Counted from the first letter of the stretch, positions 19,421 through 29,020 are shown. The stretch: DNA of 64,000 bases from an uncultured Anaerolineales bacterium (GCA_964474655.1 CAYYTU010000004.1:2563-66562); one strand, 5' to 3'. Program-made: numbers and translations. The notes: generated by a model from the letters alone, not told the origin.

Positions 19421-20635
19421 TCATAGCAACTCCGCGTAAACATGCTCCACCTGGGGCACGATAACCCCCCAATCATAACGCTGCTCGACAAACAAACGTG
19501 CACGTCTACCCAGAGCGGCCCGTCGATCTGGTGCTCCCAGCAGCGAGACGACGGCCTCAGCAAACTCAACCGGCGTATCCGCCAGCAGTAGCTCCTGCCC
19601 GTCGCTCACTGGATACCCCTCCGCCCCCAGGCGCGTGGCGACCACAGGTCGCTCCATCGCCATCGCCTCCAGAAGCTTGAGCCGCGTCCCGCCTCCCACC
19701 CGCAGCGGTGCCACATAGACCGTCGCCCGCGCGATGTGGGGCTGGACTTTCTCTACCCAGCCCGTCAGGGTCACCGCTGGGTCATCCCGCAGCGGGTCCA
19801 GGCGGCGATGAGGACGCTGGCCCACGACGACGAACCGCACGTCGGGTACTTCGGCCTGGATGCGTGGGAGCACGCGCTGGGCAAACCAGAGCACCGCGTC
19901 GACGTTGGGGCGAAAGTCCATCGTGCCGGTGAACACGAGCGTCGGATGAGCACCCGAGGCTACCTGACGAGGGCGATAGACCCGCGTGTCGATGCCGTTG
20001 GGGACGATGGTGACCTCAAGGCCCGGGAGCAGCTGTTCAATCGCCGCGGCGTCCGCCTTGGAGACCGCCAGCACGTGATGGGCGCGGCGGCAGATGTGTG
20101 TCTCATACCGTCGCAGCCGCCGCCATTGGACCAACGAGTAGGCCGCTTGAGGCCAACGGCCCGGCATCCGCAGATCGGTCAAAAAGGCCCGCTTCTGGAG
20201 CAAGTACTCACAGTTATGATCATCGAAGACCACGAACGGAGACGGATGGACGCACGCAACCAGATCCAGGTATGGTCCCATCTCAATACCCTCGATCTGT
20301 AACACGTCGAAGCGCTCTTGCCGCAACCAGTCCACCAGGCGACTTGCATAGCCATCCGATGCCAGCCGTAACGCCATATCGGGTTTGCCGGTGAGAACCA
20401 TATCGCGCAAGCGATCACGCCGGGTCCGCGTCGGCTGAGCCACCAGATCAACCCGCTCACAGGCGTCCAGAAGCGGCGCTTGCGGCTGCGCATTCTGCCC
20501 TGCCGCCCGGAACGAAAGCAAGCTCACCTGATGTCTGGGAGCAAGTCCCTCGATCAAGCCCCAGTTCCTCAACGCAGTTCCCTTATGCGGAGGATAGGGC
20601 ACCTGAGGGGTCAGAAATAAGACTTTCATCCGCAC
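19421..20635 (-). CDS. Glycosyltransferase family 4 (group 1 GT)
   Basis: GT-B fold, C-terminal GT4 E-x7-E region (LKLLEAMAMERPVVATRLG). The N-terminus MKVLFLTPQVPYPPHKGTALRN resembles the EpsH1/PEP-CTERM-associated sugar-transferase type (from memory, not verified). Confidence 0.8.
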   Translation of the reverse strand: MRMKVLFLTPQVPYPPHKGTALRNWGLIEGLAPRHQVSLLSFRAAGQNAQPQAPLLDACERVDLVAQPTRTRRDRLRDMVLTGKPDMALRLASDGYASRLVDWLRQERFDVLQIEGIEMGPYLDLVACVHPSPFVVFDDHNCEYLLQKRAFLTDLRMPGRWPQAAYSLVQWRRLRRYETHICRRAHHVLAVSKADAAAIEQLLPGLEVTIVPNGIDTRVYRPRQVASGAHPTLVFTGTMDFRPNVDAVLWFAQRVLPRIQAEVPDVRFVVVGQRPHRRLDPLRDDPAVTLTGWVEKVQPHIARATVYVAPLRVGGGTRLKLLEAMAMERPVVATRLGAEGYPVSDGQELLLADTPVEFAEAVVSLLGAPDRRAALGRRARLFVEQRYDWGVIVPQVEHVYAELL

Positions 20636-20641
20636 GCTTCC

Positions 20642-21796
20642 TTACTCGCCCGCGAGTTCCCGGTAGACGTTCAGCGTCTCCTGCGCCGTGCGGCTCCAGG
20701 AGAAGCGTGCCGCTTGCGACAGCCCTTCCTCTCGCATCTCAGCTCGCAAAGCTACATCGGTCAAGGCGCGGGTCAGGGCCTGGGCGATATCGTCTGGATC
20801 CTCGGGATCGACCAGCAGGCCAGCCTCGCCCACTACCTCCGGCAGCGAGGCCCGATTGGCGACCACGACTGGCGTGCCACAGGCCATCGCCTCCAGCGCC
20901 GGCAGCCCGAACCCCTCATAGAACGAGGGCGTCGTCAATACACTGGCGGCATTGTAGAGAGCGGGTAGATCCTCGTCAGGCACCTGATGCAAGAATCGCA
21001 GGTGGTCGTGTAGCGACAACTGATCTACGTACTCGAAGATCTCGTCATACAGCCAGCCCTTGCCACCGATCAGAACCAGGGGAGGAGGCGTCACCTCGCC
21101 ATCAAGCAGCGTTCGATAGGCCCTCAACAGACCAGGCACATTCTTGCGCGGCTCCAACGTACCCAGGAAGAGCAGAAAGTCAGCCTCCAGATCGTAACGA
21201 GAGGCTACTGGTTGACATTTCTCCTCCGGCAAGGGGCGAAAGGCCGAATCGGCGGCCAGGTGGACGACTGAAATCTTCTCCTCCGGCATCCTTAGCAGAT
21301 GAACGAGGTCAGACTTGGTGGCGTAAGAATCCGCCAGAATATAGTGCGTATGCTCCACAGCCCACTCGATCTGCTCGTTGTAATAACGGTGGCTCTCGTC
21401 GGTCAAAAACTGAGGGTAGTATAGGAAGTTCAGATCGTGAATGGTGATGACAGAGCGGCGATAGCCAAAGGCTGGGGGGATAAAATCGGGGCTATGGAGC
21501 ACGTCGAGCCCCAGACGGGCGATCTCCACGCTTAACGCCCAGCGTTCCAGCCGATGGTGGCAGGGTGTCCAGCAAGCCACGGGATGGAAGTTGGGGCCCG
21601 GCAGCGGAGGGTCATCGTCCTTGCGACTGTGGAGTACGTAATAATCCGTATCGGCGTCTAACGCGGCCAGAGCATCAAGTAGGTGCTTGACGTAATTGCT
21701 GATACCACCGCGGGTATAATGGTCGATGCGGGCATCGATGCCTATTCGCATAGCTGGCCCCGTTAGGTGTAATGTCTCAAAGAGCGGGAGCTCCAC
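20642..21796 (-). CDS. Glycosyltransferase family 4 (group 1 GT)
   Basis: FYEGFGLPALEAMACGTPVV GT4 catalytic region. Six nt downstream of the preceding GT4 gene. Confidence 0.85.
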   Translation of the reverse strand: MELPLFETLHLTGPAMRIGIDARIDHYTRGGISNYVKHLLDALAALDADTDYYVLHSRKDDDPPLPGPNFHPVACWTPCHHRLERWALSVEIARLGLDVLHSPDFIPPAFGYRRSVITIHDLNFLYYPQFLTDESHRYYNEQIEWAVEHTHYILADSYATKSDLVHLLRMPEEKISVVHLAADSAFRPLPEEKCQPVASRYDLEADFLLFLGTLEPRKNVPGLLRAYRTLLDGEVTPPPLVLIGGKGWLYDEIFEYVDQLSLHDHLRFLHQVPDEDLPALYNAASVLTTPSFYEGFGLPALEAMACGTPVVVANRASLPEVVGEAGLLVDPEDPDDIAQALTRALTDVALRAEMREEGLSQAARFSWSRTAQETLNVYRELAGE

Positions 21797-21829
21797 CGCT
21801 GTGAGGCTGTCGGCGTTGCGACGCCACGC

Positions 21830-23767
21830 TCACACGTCCAGGTTGCGTACCTGTTTGGCGTGGGTCTGGATGAAGTGGCGTCGAGGCGGCACGCTGGAAC
21901 CCATCAGCATGCTGAAGGTCCGATCGGCCGCTGCAGCGTCTTCGATTGTCACGCGCAACAGCGTGCGATTCTCCGGGTTCATCGTCGTCTCCCAAAGCTG
22001 CTCCGGATTCATCTCACCCAACCCCTTGTAACGCTGGAGCGAGACCCGCCGTCCGTCTAGCTCCTGCAAAATTCTCGCCCGCTCCGCCTCCGAGTATGCA
22101 TAATGCTCCTCGCGCCCAGCCTTGATCAAGTAAAGGGGAGGCTGTGCGATGTACAGGTGTCCTTCCTCAATGAGCGGCTGCATATAGCGATAGAAGAAGG
22201 TTAGAAGCAACGTGCGAATGTGAGCGCCGTCGATGTCGGCATCGGTCAGCAGAATCACCCGCCCGTAGCGCAGGCCGTCCAGGCTGAACTGCCCGCCGAC
22301 GCTGGTGCCCAGGGCGGAGATTAGCGCCTGCACCTCCTTGTTCTTGAGGATGCGGTTCAGCCCCGCTCGCTCCGTGTTTAGGATCTTGCCGCGCAGGGGC
22401 AAGATGGCCTGGAAATGCCGATCGCGTCCTTGCTTGGCACTGCCGCCGGCGCTATCTCCCTCCACGATGAAGAGTTCCGAACGCGCCGCTTCCTGCTCCG
22501 AGCAATCGGCCAGCTTGCCCGGCAGGGTCAAGCTTTCCAGCGTGCTCTTGCGGATCACCAGATCACGAGCCTTACGGGCCGCTGCCCGCGCGCGGAAAGA
22601 GGTGAGACACTTGCGGATGATGTTCCGCGCGGCCGCCGACTCTCGCTCCAGAAACTCGGAGAGCGCCCGGGTGACCACCGATTCGACCATCCCTCGTACC
22701 TCGGCGTTCATCAGCTTCACCTTCGTCTGGCTCTCGAACTGGGGGTCCGGGTGCTTGACGCTGACGATGGCCGTCAACCCCTCGCGCACATCCTCGCCGG
22801 AGAAGTTAGGGTCTCTGTCTCTGAGCTTGCCCGTCTTGCGAGCATACTCGTTCATCGTGCGAGTCAATCCAGAACGGAGCCCCGTCAGGTGTGAACCGCC
22901 GTCCACAGTGTGGATCGTGTTGGCGAAGGCATAGATGGACTCGGCGTAAGATTCAGTGTACTGGAGTGCAACCTCAATCCCCACCCCGTCCTCATCCGAC
23001 TGGATATAGATCACCTCATCGTGAAGCACCTCGCGGTTGCGATTAAGATAGCGCACGAATGAAGCGATCCCCCCCTCAAAGTAGAAGGTCATATCCCGCG
23101 GGAAAGGCTGCTCTCGCTCATCGACCAGTCGGATAGAAACCTCGCTGGTGACGAAGGCCATCTCCCGCAATCTTTGCATCAGCGTATCGTAATCAAAATC
23201 CACGTCCTCGAAAATCGTACGGTCAAAGCGGAACGTGACGCGCGTGCCGCGCCCCTCAGCAGCGCCGATATCCTCTACCGGCGTGACGGGGGTTCCCTTT
23301 TCGTACCGCTGGCGGTAGCGGCGACCATCACGGGGGTTATCGATCACCACCTCCAACCACTCGGAGAGCGCATTGACAGCCGCCACACCCACACCGTGCA
23401 GTCCGCCGGAGACCTTGTAGCCGTCTCCACCGAACTTCGCTCCGGAATGGAGGCTCGTCATCACCAGCTCCAGGGTTGAGATGCCCTTTTCTGGATGGCG
23501 GGCGGTGGGAATGCCACGCCCATTATCCGCCACCGTGACCGAGGAATCGGCATGGATGATAATTTCGATGCTGTCACAGAGCCCCACCAGGGCCTCGTCA
23601 ATCGCGTTGTCGACCACCTCGTATACCAGGTGGTGCAACGCCCGCAGATCCGTGCCGCCGACGTACATACCGGGCCGGCGGCGGACGGCTTCCAGTCCCT
23701 CCAATACCTGAACGTCATCCGCTTCGTAACGGCCAATCTGACTCATAGCCCTATGCATCACAATCAC
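21830..23767 (-). CDS. gyrB: DNA gyrase subunit B
   Basis: [43 protein letters not shown] (GHKL ATPase), TOPRIM and C-terminal domains. About 640 aa. GTG start in GTGA overlap with the upstream gene. ATG 23758 or 23746 are alternative starts. Confidence 0.93.
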   Translation of the reverse strand: MIVMHRAMSQIGRYEADDVQVLEGLEAVRRRPGMYVGGTDLRALHHLVYEVVDNAIDEALVGLCDSIEIIIHADSSVTVADNGRGIPTARHPEKGISTLELVMTSLHSGAKFGGDGYKVSGGLHGVGVAAVNALSEWLEVVIDNPRDGRRYRQRYEKGTPVTPVEDIGAAEGRGTRVTFRFDRTIFEDVDFDYDTLMQRLREMAFVTSEVSIRLVDEREQPFPRDMTFYFEGGIASFVRYLNRNREVLHDEVIYIQSDEDGVGIEVALQYTESYAESIYAFANTIHTVDGGSHLTGLRSGLTRTMNEYARKTGKLRDRDPNFSGEDVREGLTAIVSVKHPDPQFESQTKVKLMNAEVRGMVESVVTRALSEFLERESAAARNIIRKCLTSFRARAAARKARDLVIRKSTLESLTLPGKLADCSEQEAARSELFIVEGDSAGGSAKQGRDRHFQAILPLRGKILNTERAGLNRILKNKEVQALISALGTSVGGQFSLDGLRYGRVILLTDADIDGAHIRTLLLTFFYRYMQPLIEEGHLYIAQPPLYLIKAGREEHYAYSEAERARILQELDGRRVSLQRYKGLGEMNPEQLWETTMNPENRTLLRVTIEDAAAADRTFSMLMGSSVPPRRHFIQTHAKQVRNLDV

Positions 23768-24789
23768 ACATCCCCATCAGTAACTGACGCACGTCCAATC
23801 GCGTCCACCAACCTGTCGCGATAAAACATAAAAATCGCTGCCAATACGCCGCCTGCAATGGCGCCGTTGCCCAGGATACCAACCAACAACAACCACGAAT
23901 CGCCGTCCGGGAGCGACCAAGCGTAGCCCAGGCCCTTGTAAATCACCAATCCCAATCCCACCAACCCTAGCACTGAGGGCAGTTGCGCGTGGCTTAACAC
24001 CACACTTTCCCAGACCGCTTGCACCAGACCGCGCCCCCCGATCAGAATGCTGGGAATCACGAATATCAGGTGGAGCGCCAGGTAGATGGTCAACGCCACC
24101 CCCATTACCCAAACCAACACTCCGATCGGCTCCGCGATCAGCATGGCAATTCCCATCAGCAAAAACCAAAACAAAGCGAATATCGCCCAGATCAGAAGCA
24201 GGCCTACCTCGAATAGTAAGAGGCGAAGTATCTTCCACAGGCCCCTATGCATCCCCCGCGCTTCCTCTGGTCGCTCGGGCTTTTTCTGGCCAATCAACCC
24301 TTCGGCGATCGCCATCCGACTGGCTAACTCGTTGAGGTAGAACCCTCCCAGCACCAGCCCTGCCAAAAGCAATCCCAGCCACCAGGGGATAAAAGTCAAG
24401 ACGCTCGTGATGGAGAAGACACGCGGAGAGCTCAGCGGTGAGACCGGGCCAATATGGTATTGCGCCAGCAGACTGGGCACTTGTACCATCGGTAAGCTGC
24501 CCAGAAGCGAGACCAGGTTAAACTGCTGTCCAAACTCCTCCAACAGCCGAACGGCTTGCGCGGCCTGTTGGGCCATATCTGGATTGGCGGATGCCTGCGC
24601 CTCAAACAGAGCGGAAAATCGCTGCAATAATGGAGCCACCGACAGCCTCGGGCCCAACCAGAGCAAGAGATCCAACAAAGCCGGTACCGCCGCCAGATCC
24701 AGGTTTCGACTCAAAACCTCAAATCCAGCCGTCAAACAACCGATCACCCCGCGGGGAGCGCTCGTCTCTTCTGCTCTTCTTAATTTCAT
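23764..24789 (-). CDS. Hypothetical polytopic membrane protein, translationally coupled to gyrB
   Basis: Multiple hydrophobic helices, no recognisable motif. Four-nt overlap with the gyrB start. Confidence 0.5.
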   Translation of the reverse strand: MKLRRAEETSAPRGVIGCLTAGFEVLSRNLDLAAVPALLDLLLWLGPRLSVAPLLQRFSALFEAQASANPDMAQQAAQAVRLLEEFGQQFNLVSLLGSLPMVQVPSLLAQYHIGPVSPLSSPRVFSITSVLTFIPWWLGLLLAGLVLGGFYLNELASRMAIAEGLIGQKKPERPEEARGMHRGLWKILRLLLFEVGLLLIWAIFALFWFLLMGIAMLIAEPIGVLVWVMGVALTIYLALHLIFVIPSILIGGRGLVQAVWESVVLSHAQLPSVLGLVGLGLVIYKGLGYAWSLPDGDSWLLLVGILGNGAIAGGVLAAIFMFYRDRLVDAIGRASVTDGDV

Positions 24790-24828
24790 ACGAGCCTATA
24801 TTATACCACGACTTGAAAGGGCGGTAAA

Positions 24829-24863
24829 CCTGTCGGTGCTTTGGAACTGCTCCGTTTGCCCCC
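24829..24863. repeat. Repeat family B, truncated fragment B4
   Basis: CCTGTCGGTGCTTTGGAACTGCTCCGTTTGCCCC matches the B3 terminal module, with an internal deletion. Confidence 0.5.
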
Positions 24864-24934
24864 AATCAGATTGACTTTACCGCGTAGACATCTTGGCGTA
24901 TAATATCGCCTTGCATAGATCATGCAACTTATGA

Positions 24935-25218
24935 CTACAACGAGGCTTTGACGAGCCTCTCGAAGGGTGCGATTTTCGCCAAGTCGTCATCCTTCGACAG
25001 GCTTCGGCGTGAGCTCAGCCGAATGGATCAGGATGACTATCGATTGGACTTTGGACAAAGCTCGCAAGACCTTCCCGAAAGCTTTCAGAAGTGGTGAAGC
25101 TAGCCGAAAACTTTTTAGACTGTTCGTTTCAACTTTCGGGAAGGTTCTCAGCAGAGATCTAAGTTTTATCCAAAGTCCAGTATTGAGAGTCAACTTTGTT
25201 GAAACCTCGTTGTAGCAT
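24935..25218. repeat. Repeat family A, copy A4 (284 bp, the longest copy). Carries the A2-type hairpin module plus an extra AT-rich segment.
   Basis: ACTACAACGAG at 24935 and CCTCGTTGTAGCATTA at 25203-25218. Internal stem GAGCCTCTCGAAGG...CCTTCGACAGGCTT. The track ORFs 24967..25215(+) and 24987..25193(-) lie wholly inside it. Confidence 0.65.
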
Positions 25219-25247
25219 TATGAGATGGTACTAAGGAGGTTATGTTG

Positions 25248-26426
25248 ATGGATCTGTTCGAGAAGTGTCGGGCCTTTACCGAGGCGCGAGAGGCACAAGA
25301 GACGGGCATCTACCCATATTTCATCCCCTTGACCGATAGTGAGGGCACAGAAGTTACCGTGGGCGATCATCGCCTGATTATGATCGGCTCCAACAACTAC
25401 CTGGGGCTGACCACTCACCCCAAAGTTCGGCAAGCTGCGATCAAAGCCACCGAAGAATACGGCACCAGCTGTACCGGGTCGCGGTTCCTCAACGGCACGC
25501 TGGAGTTCCACCTGGAGCTGGAGCGCAATCTGGCAGATTTTATGGGCACAGAAGCGGCGCTGGTCTTCCCCACCGGCTACCAGACTAACGTAGGCACCAT
25601 CTCGTCCCTGGTGGGCCGGCACGATGTCGTGATCACAGACAAGGACGACCACGCCAGTATCGTAGACGGCTGCAAGATGTCCTACGGGACCGTACGACGT
25701 TTCAATCACAACGATATGGACCACCTGGAGCGTGTGCTGGCCCACCTGGATGACGACGTGGGCAAGCTGGTCGTCGTGGATGGCGTCTTCAGCATGGGCG
25801 GCGACCTTGCCCCCCTGCCGGAGATCGTATCACTATGCCAGAAGTACGACGCCCGTCTGATGGTGGACGATGCCCACGCTGTGGGCGTTGTGGGGGGCGG
25901 ACGGGGCACGGCCGCCCACTTTGGCCTCGTCAACGAGGTGGACCTGATTATGGGTACCTTCAGCAAGTCCTTCGCCAGCCTGGGCGGATTCATCGCCGGC
26001 GCCGACGACGTGGTTCATTACGTCCAGCACCACGCTCGTTCCCTGATCTTCAGCGCCAGCATGTCGCCCTCCAACACCGCGGCGGCCCTGGCAGCGCTGG
26101 AGGTGATGCAAGAGGAGCCAGAGCGCATCGAGCGGGTCAACGACATCGCCGAGTACATGCGCACCGAGTACCGCCGGATGGGCTTCAACGTCGGCAACAG
26201 CCAGACCCCTATCATTCCCATCATCATCGGCGACAACGACCTTACCTTTATGACGTGGAAAACACTCTACGAGGCCGGACTCTACACTAACCCTGTCATC
26301 TCCCCGGCGGTGCCCCCGGAGATGTCGCTGCTGCGCACCAGCTACATGGCCACCCACACCGACGAACATCTGGAGCGTGTGTTGGCGACGTTCAAACAAG
26401 TAGGCGACGCTCTGGGTCTGATCTAG
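25248..26426 (+). CDS. Alpha-oxoamine synthase family PLP enzyme, most similar to serine palmitoyltransferase (SPT-like; KBL/BioF family member)
   Basis: GSNNYLGL, GSRFLNGT, DDAHAVGVVGGGRG, and GTFSKSF containing the PLP-lysine. The GTFSKS, GSRxLNGT and C-terminal LLRTSYMATHT motifs resemble Sphingomonas SPT more than E. coli KBL or BioF (comparison from memory). RBS AAGGAGG sits 8 nt upstream of ATG 25248. Confidence 0.8.
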   Translation: MDLFEKCRAFTEAREAQETGIYPYFIPLTDSEGTEVTVGDHRLIMIGSNNYLGLTTHPKVRQAAIKATEEYGTSCTGSRFLNGTLEFHLELERNLADFMGTEAALVFPTGYQTNVGTISSLVGRHDVVITDKDDHASIVDGCKMSYGTVRRFNHNDMDHLERVLAHLDDDVGKLVVVDGVFSMGGDLAPLPEIVSLCQKYDARLMVDDAHAVGVVGGGRGTAAHFGLVNEVDLIMGTFSKSFASLGGFIAGADDVVHYVQHHARSLIFSASMSPSNTAAALAALEVMQEEPERIERVNDIAEYMRTEYRRMGFNVGNSQTPIIPIIIGDNDLTFMTWKTLYEAGLYTNPVISPAVPPEMSLLRTSYMATHTDEHLERVLATFKQVGDALGLI

Positions 26427-26443
26427 CGAATCATCAGGAGGAT

Positions 26444-26683
26444 ATGATGCCGCTTTACGAATACAAATGTTCCGATTGTGAGACGAAGTTCGACGCCCTG
26501 CGGGATATGTCCGAGGCCGATGCCCCGATTGCCTGTCCCCACTGCGGCAGCGAGGAGACGCAGCGGGCCGTCTCGCTCTTCTCCGCCATCGGCAGCGAGG
26601 GCGTTGTGATCGGCGACAATTCTTGCGCCTCCTGCTCGCCGTCGGCATCCTGCGCCACATGTGGAGCCCGCTCGTCGCATTAG
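26444..26683 (+). CDS. FmdB family zinc-ribbon protein
   Basis: MPLYEYKCSDCETKFDAL...CPHCGS, the canonical FmdB N-terminus, plus a Cys-rich tail. RBS CAGGAGGA. Confidence 0.8.
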   Translation: MMPLYEYKCSDCETKFDALRDMSEADAPIACPHCGSEETQRAVSLFSAIGSEGVVIGDNSCASCSPSASCATCGARSSH

Positions 26684-26730
26684 GTGGAAAGAACCAGCCC
26701 TCGATATGCGAGGCAAGGTGAACCATCTCG

Positions 26731-27846
26731 ATGACTGATCAGACCATAACATCGGTCTTCCCGTTTACGGCGATTGTGAACCAGGCGCGTATGAAACGCG
26801 CCCTGATCCTGAACGCGATCCACCCCAAAATCGGCGGCGTGCTGATCCGCGGCGAGCGCGGCACGGCTAAATCCACCGCGGCCCGGGCGCTGGCGGCCCT
26901 ATTGCCAGAAATCGAAGTGGTCGCCGATTGCTCCTTCGGTTGCGACCCCGATCGCCCTTCCACCTGGTGCACCGAATGTCAGGATCGCAGCCAGGGTGAG
27001 AACCCGTTACCACGCGCTCGCCGCCGCACCCAATTCGTGGATCTCCCCGTCAGCGCGACCGAGGACCGGGTCGTGGGCACGCTGGATATCGAGCGGGCCA
27101 TCCAGGAGGGCGAGCGACACTTCGAGCCGGGCGTGCTCGCCGCCGCCAATCGCGGCGTGCTCTACGTGGACGAGGTCAACCTGCTGGACGATCACGTCGT
27201 CGATCTGCTGCTCGACGCGGCCGCGATGGGCGTCAACGTGGTGGAGCGCGAGGGCATCTCCTTCAGCCATCCGGCCCGCTTCATCCTCATCGGCACGATG
27301 AACCCGGAGGAGGGCGATCTGCGCCCGCAGCTGCTCGACCGCTTCGCGCTCTGCGTCGACATTCGGGGTATTCGCGATCCCGACGCGCGAATGCTGATTA
27401 TGGAGCGGAACCTGGCCTTTGATGCGGACCCACAGGCCTTTCGCGCGGCCTGGGCCGGGCGCGAGCAGGAACTCTCCCGTGAGATCGCGCGGGCCCGGCA
27501 GCTGCTACCTGAGATGCAGCACACACGCTCGGATCTGGCTACCATCGCGACGATGATGGCCGATCTGGGCGTCGATGGGCATCGCGCCGATTTGGTGGTG
27601 CTCAAGGCCGCTCGGACGCACGCAGCGTTCGATGGGCGTCGGCACCTGACCGATACCGATATCCTGCTGGCGGCTGAACTGGCGTTGCCGCACCGGCTGA
27701 AGCGCCACCCGCTGGAGGAGACGGAGGTCACGCTAGATGATCTCTCTGAGCGGCTGAACGAAGTCCGCGCCCAGGCCCAGCGTAGCGAGCCGCACGAGGC
27801 AGAGAACAGTGAGCCGGTCGAGGTCGCCGGTAAAAAAAAAGCATAG
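26731..27846 (+). CDS. Mg-chelatase subunit I-like AAA+ ATPase (ChlI/BchI family)
   Basis: FPFTAIVNQARMKRALILNAIHPKIGGVLIRGERGTAKST (Walker A), Walker B VLYVDEVNLL. The ORF ends ...VAGKKKA* inside an A9 run. Confidence 0.9.
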   Translation: MTDQTITSVFPFTAIVNQARMKRALILNAIHPKIGGVLIRGERGTAKSTAARALAALLPEIEVVADCSFGCDPDRPSTWCTECQDRSQGENPLPRARRRTQFVDLPVSATEDRVVGTLDIERAIQEGERHFEPGVLAAANRGVLYVDEVNLLDDHVVDLLLDAAAMGVNVVEREGISFSHPARFILIGTMNPEEGDLRPQLLDRFALCVDIRGIRDPDARMLIMERNLAFDADPQAFRAAWAGREQELSREIARARQLLPEMQHTRSDLATIATMMADLGVDGHRADLVVLKAARTHAAFDGRRHLTDTDILLAAELALPHRLKRHPLEETEVTLDDLSERLNEVRAQAQRSEPHEAENSEPVEVAGKKKA

Positions 27847-27893
27847 CGGCCGATGACGCCGAGCAGGAGCCCTCGGCCGAACCCGAGCGGCCG

Positions 27894-28805
27894 ATGCAAA
27901 GTCCAGCCCAGCAGATCATCCCCCAGTGGCCGTCGTCGGGGCGTTGGTGGGAAGGCGGCGAGCAGACTGCCTTCGGCGAGCCCTTCGATCCTCGTCACCT
28001 GGAGACGCCCCTCGACCGCCTGACCCGCTCCACCGGCGGGCGCCGCAGCGAGACTCGCACCGATCGCAAACGCGGGCGCTACGTCCAATCGCGCCCCTCG
28101 CCGGACGATGCCAGCGACTTGGCCTTCGACGCCACGCTCCGCGCCGCCGCGCCCCACCAGAAAACACGCCAGGAAGATGGCGGCCCGGCCCTGGTGCTGT
28201 ACCCCGCCGACTTTCGCCGCAAGGTGCGCGTGAGCCGCGCGGCCAATCTGATCCTCTTCGTCGTCGATGCCTCCTGGTCGATGGCCGTGGCGGAGCGAAT
28301 GGAGGCCACGAAAGGCGCCGTCGTCTCGCTGCTGACCGACGCCTACCAGCGGCGCGACCGGGTGGGGCTGGTTGTCTTTCAGAAGAACGATGCGCTCGTG
28401 GTGCTGCCGCCCACCAATAGCGTCGCGCTGGCCAAGCGGACGCTGAACGATATCCCCATCGGCGGGAAGACGCCGCTTTCCGCTGGACTAAAAACCTCGT
28501 ACGAGCTCATCACCCGCGAGATCCGTCAACATCCCGATCTCAAGCCGCTGATGGTGCTGCTCACCGACGGAGCGGGCAATGTCTCAATGACAAACCGCCC
28601 GCCGCAGGAAGAGGCTTATCGCATGGCGGAGCTCTTCCCACAGGCCGACATCCGTTCGCTGGTGATCAATATGGAGAACGAGGCCTTCGATCAGGGGCTA
28701 GCGCAGACGTTGGCCGATCATCTGGAGGCGCCGTGCTACACGCTGGCCGACTTGCGGGCTGAGTCGCTGCTGTGGACGGTGCGCGGGGCGCTCGATGAGG
28801 GTTAA
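27894..28805 (+). CDS. ChlD/BchD C-terminal-half-like protein with vWA domain
   Basis: LAFDATLRAAAPHQ and LILFVVDASWSM (MIDAS DxSxS) match the ChlD linker and vWA. The same frame is open upstream through an acidic, Pro-rich stretch to the A9 tract at 27832-27840. Confidence 0.85.
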   Translation: MQSPAQQIIPQWPSSGRWWEGGEQTAFGEPFDPRHLETPLDRLTRSTGGRRSETRTDRKRGRYVQSRPSPDDASDLAFDATLRAAAPHQKTRQEDGGPALVLYPADFRRKVRVSRAANLILFVVDASWSMAVAERMEATKGAVVSLLTDAYQRRDRVGLVVFQKNDALVVLPPTNSVALAKRTLNDIPIGGKTPLSAGLKTSYELITREIRQHPDLKPLMVLLTDGAGNVSMTNRPPQEEAYRMAELFPQADIRSLVINMENEAFDQGLAQTLADHLEAPCYTLADLRAESLLWTVRGALDEG

Positions 28806-28996
28806 GAGCGGCGCGTGTGAGGAGAGCTGGGTGGTCTGATAACTCCAAAAAAGATCCTTGCGAAATCGAGCCGCTGCTGGTGCGGTCGGGAGACCGGACA
28901 GAGCACTTCCTGGGCGTTGTTTGTAGTGCGCGCTTCAGCGCGCTTCTACGGCGATAAATCGCCTACTACGAACACGCCGCCATCTGAGGTGATACA

Positions 28997-29020
28997 CCCC
29001 CGTCTGATTGGGGGCTTTTT
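28997..29020 (+). terminator. Intrinsic terminator downstream of the vWA gene
   Basis: CCCCC-gtctgatt-GGGGG followed by CTTTTT. Confidence 0.6.

Noticed and set aside
20688-21447. Plus-strand ORFs 20688..20921, 20707..21447, 20714..20968
   Set aside because: Antisense to the GT4 gene at 20642..21796. Arg/Pro/Ser-rich.
24967-25215. ORFs 24967..25215(+) and 24987..25193(-)
   Set aside because: They lie wholly inside repeat A4 and are mutually overlapping on opposite strands. No RBS or motifs. They are repeat sequence, not genes.
25833-26726. 297-aa minus-strand ORF and 25835..26290(+)
   Set aside because: They overlap the SPT-like gene. Arg/His-rich low complexity.
27192-28157. 321-aa minus-strand ORF spanning the chlI/chlD junction
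   Set aside because: Antisense to two well-supported plus-strand genes. Ser/Arg/Ala-rich.
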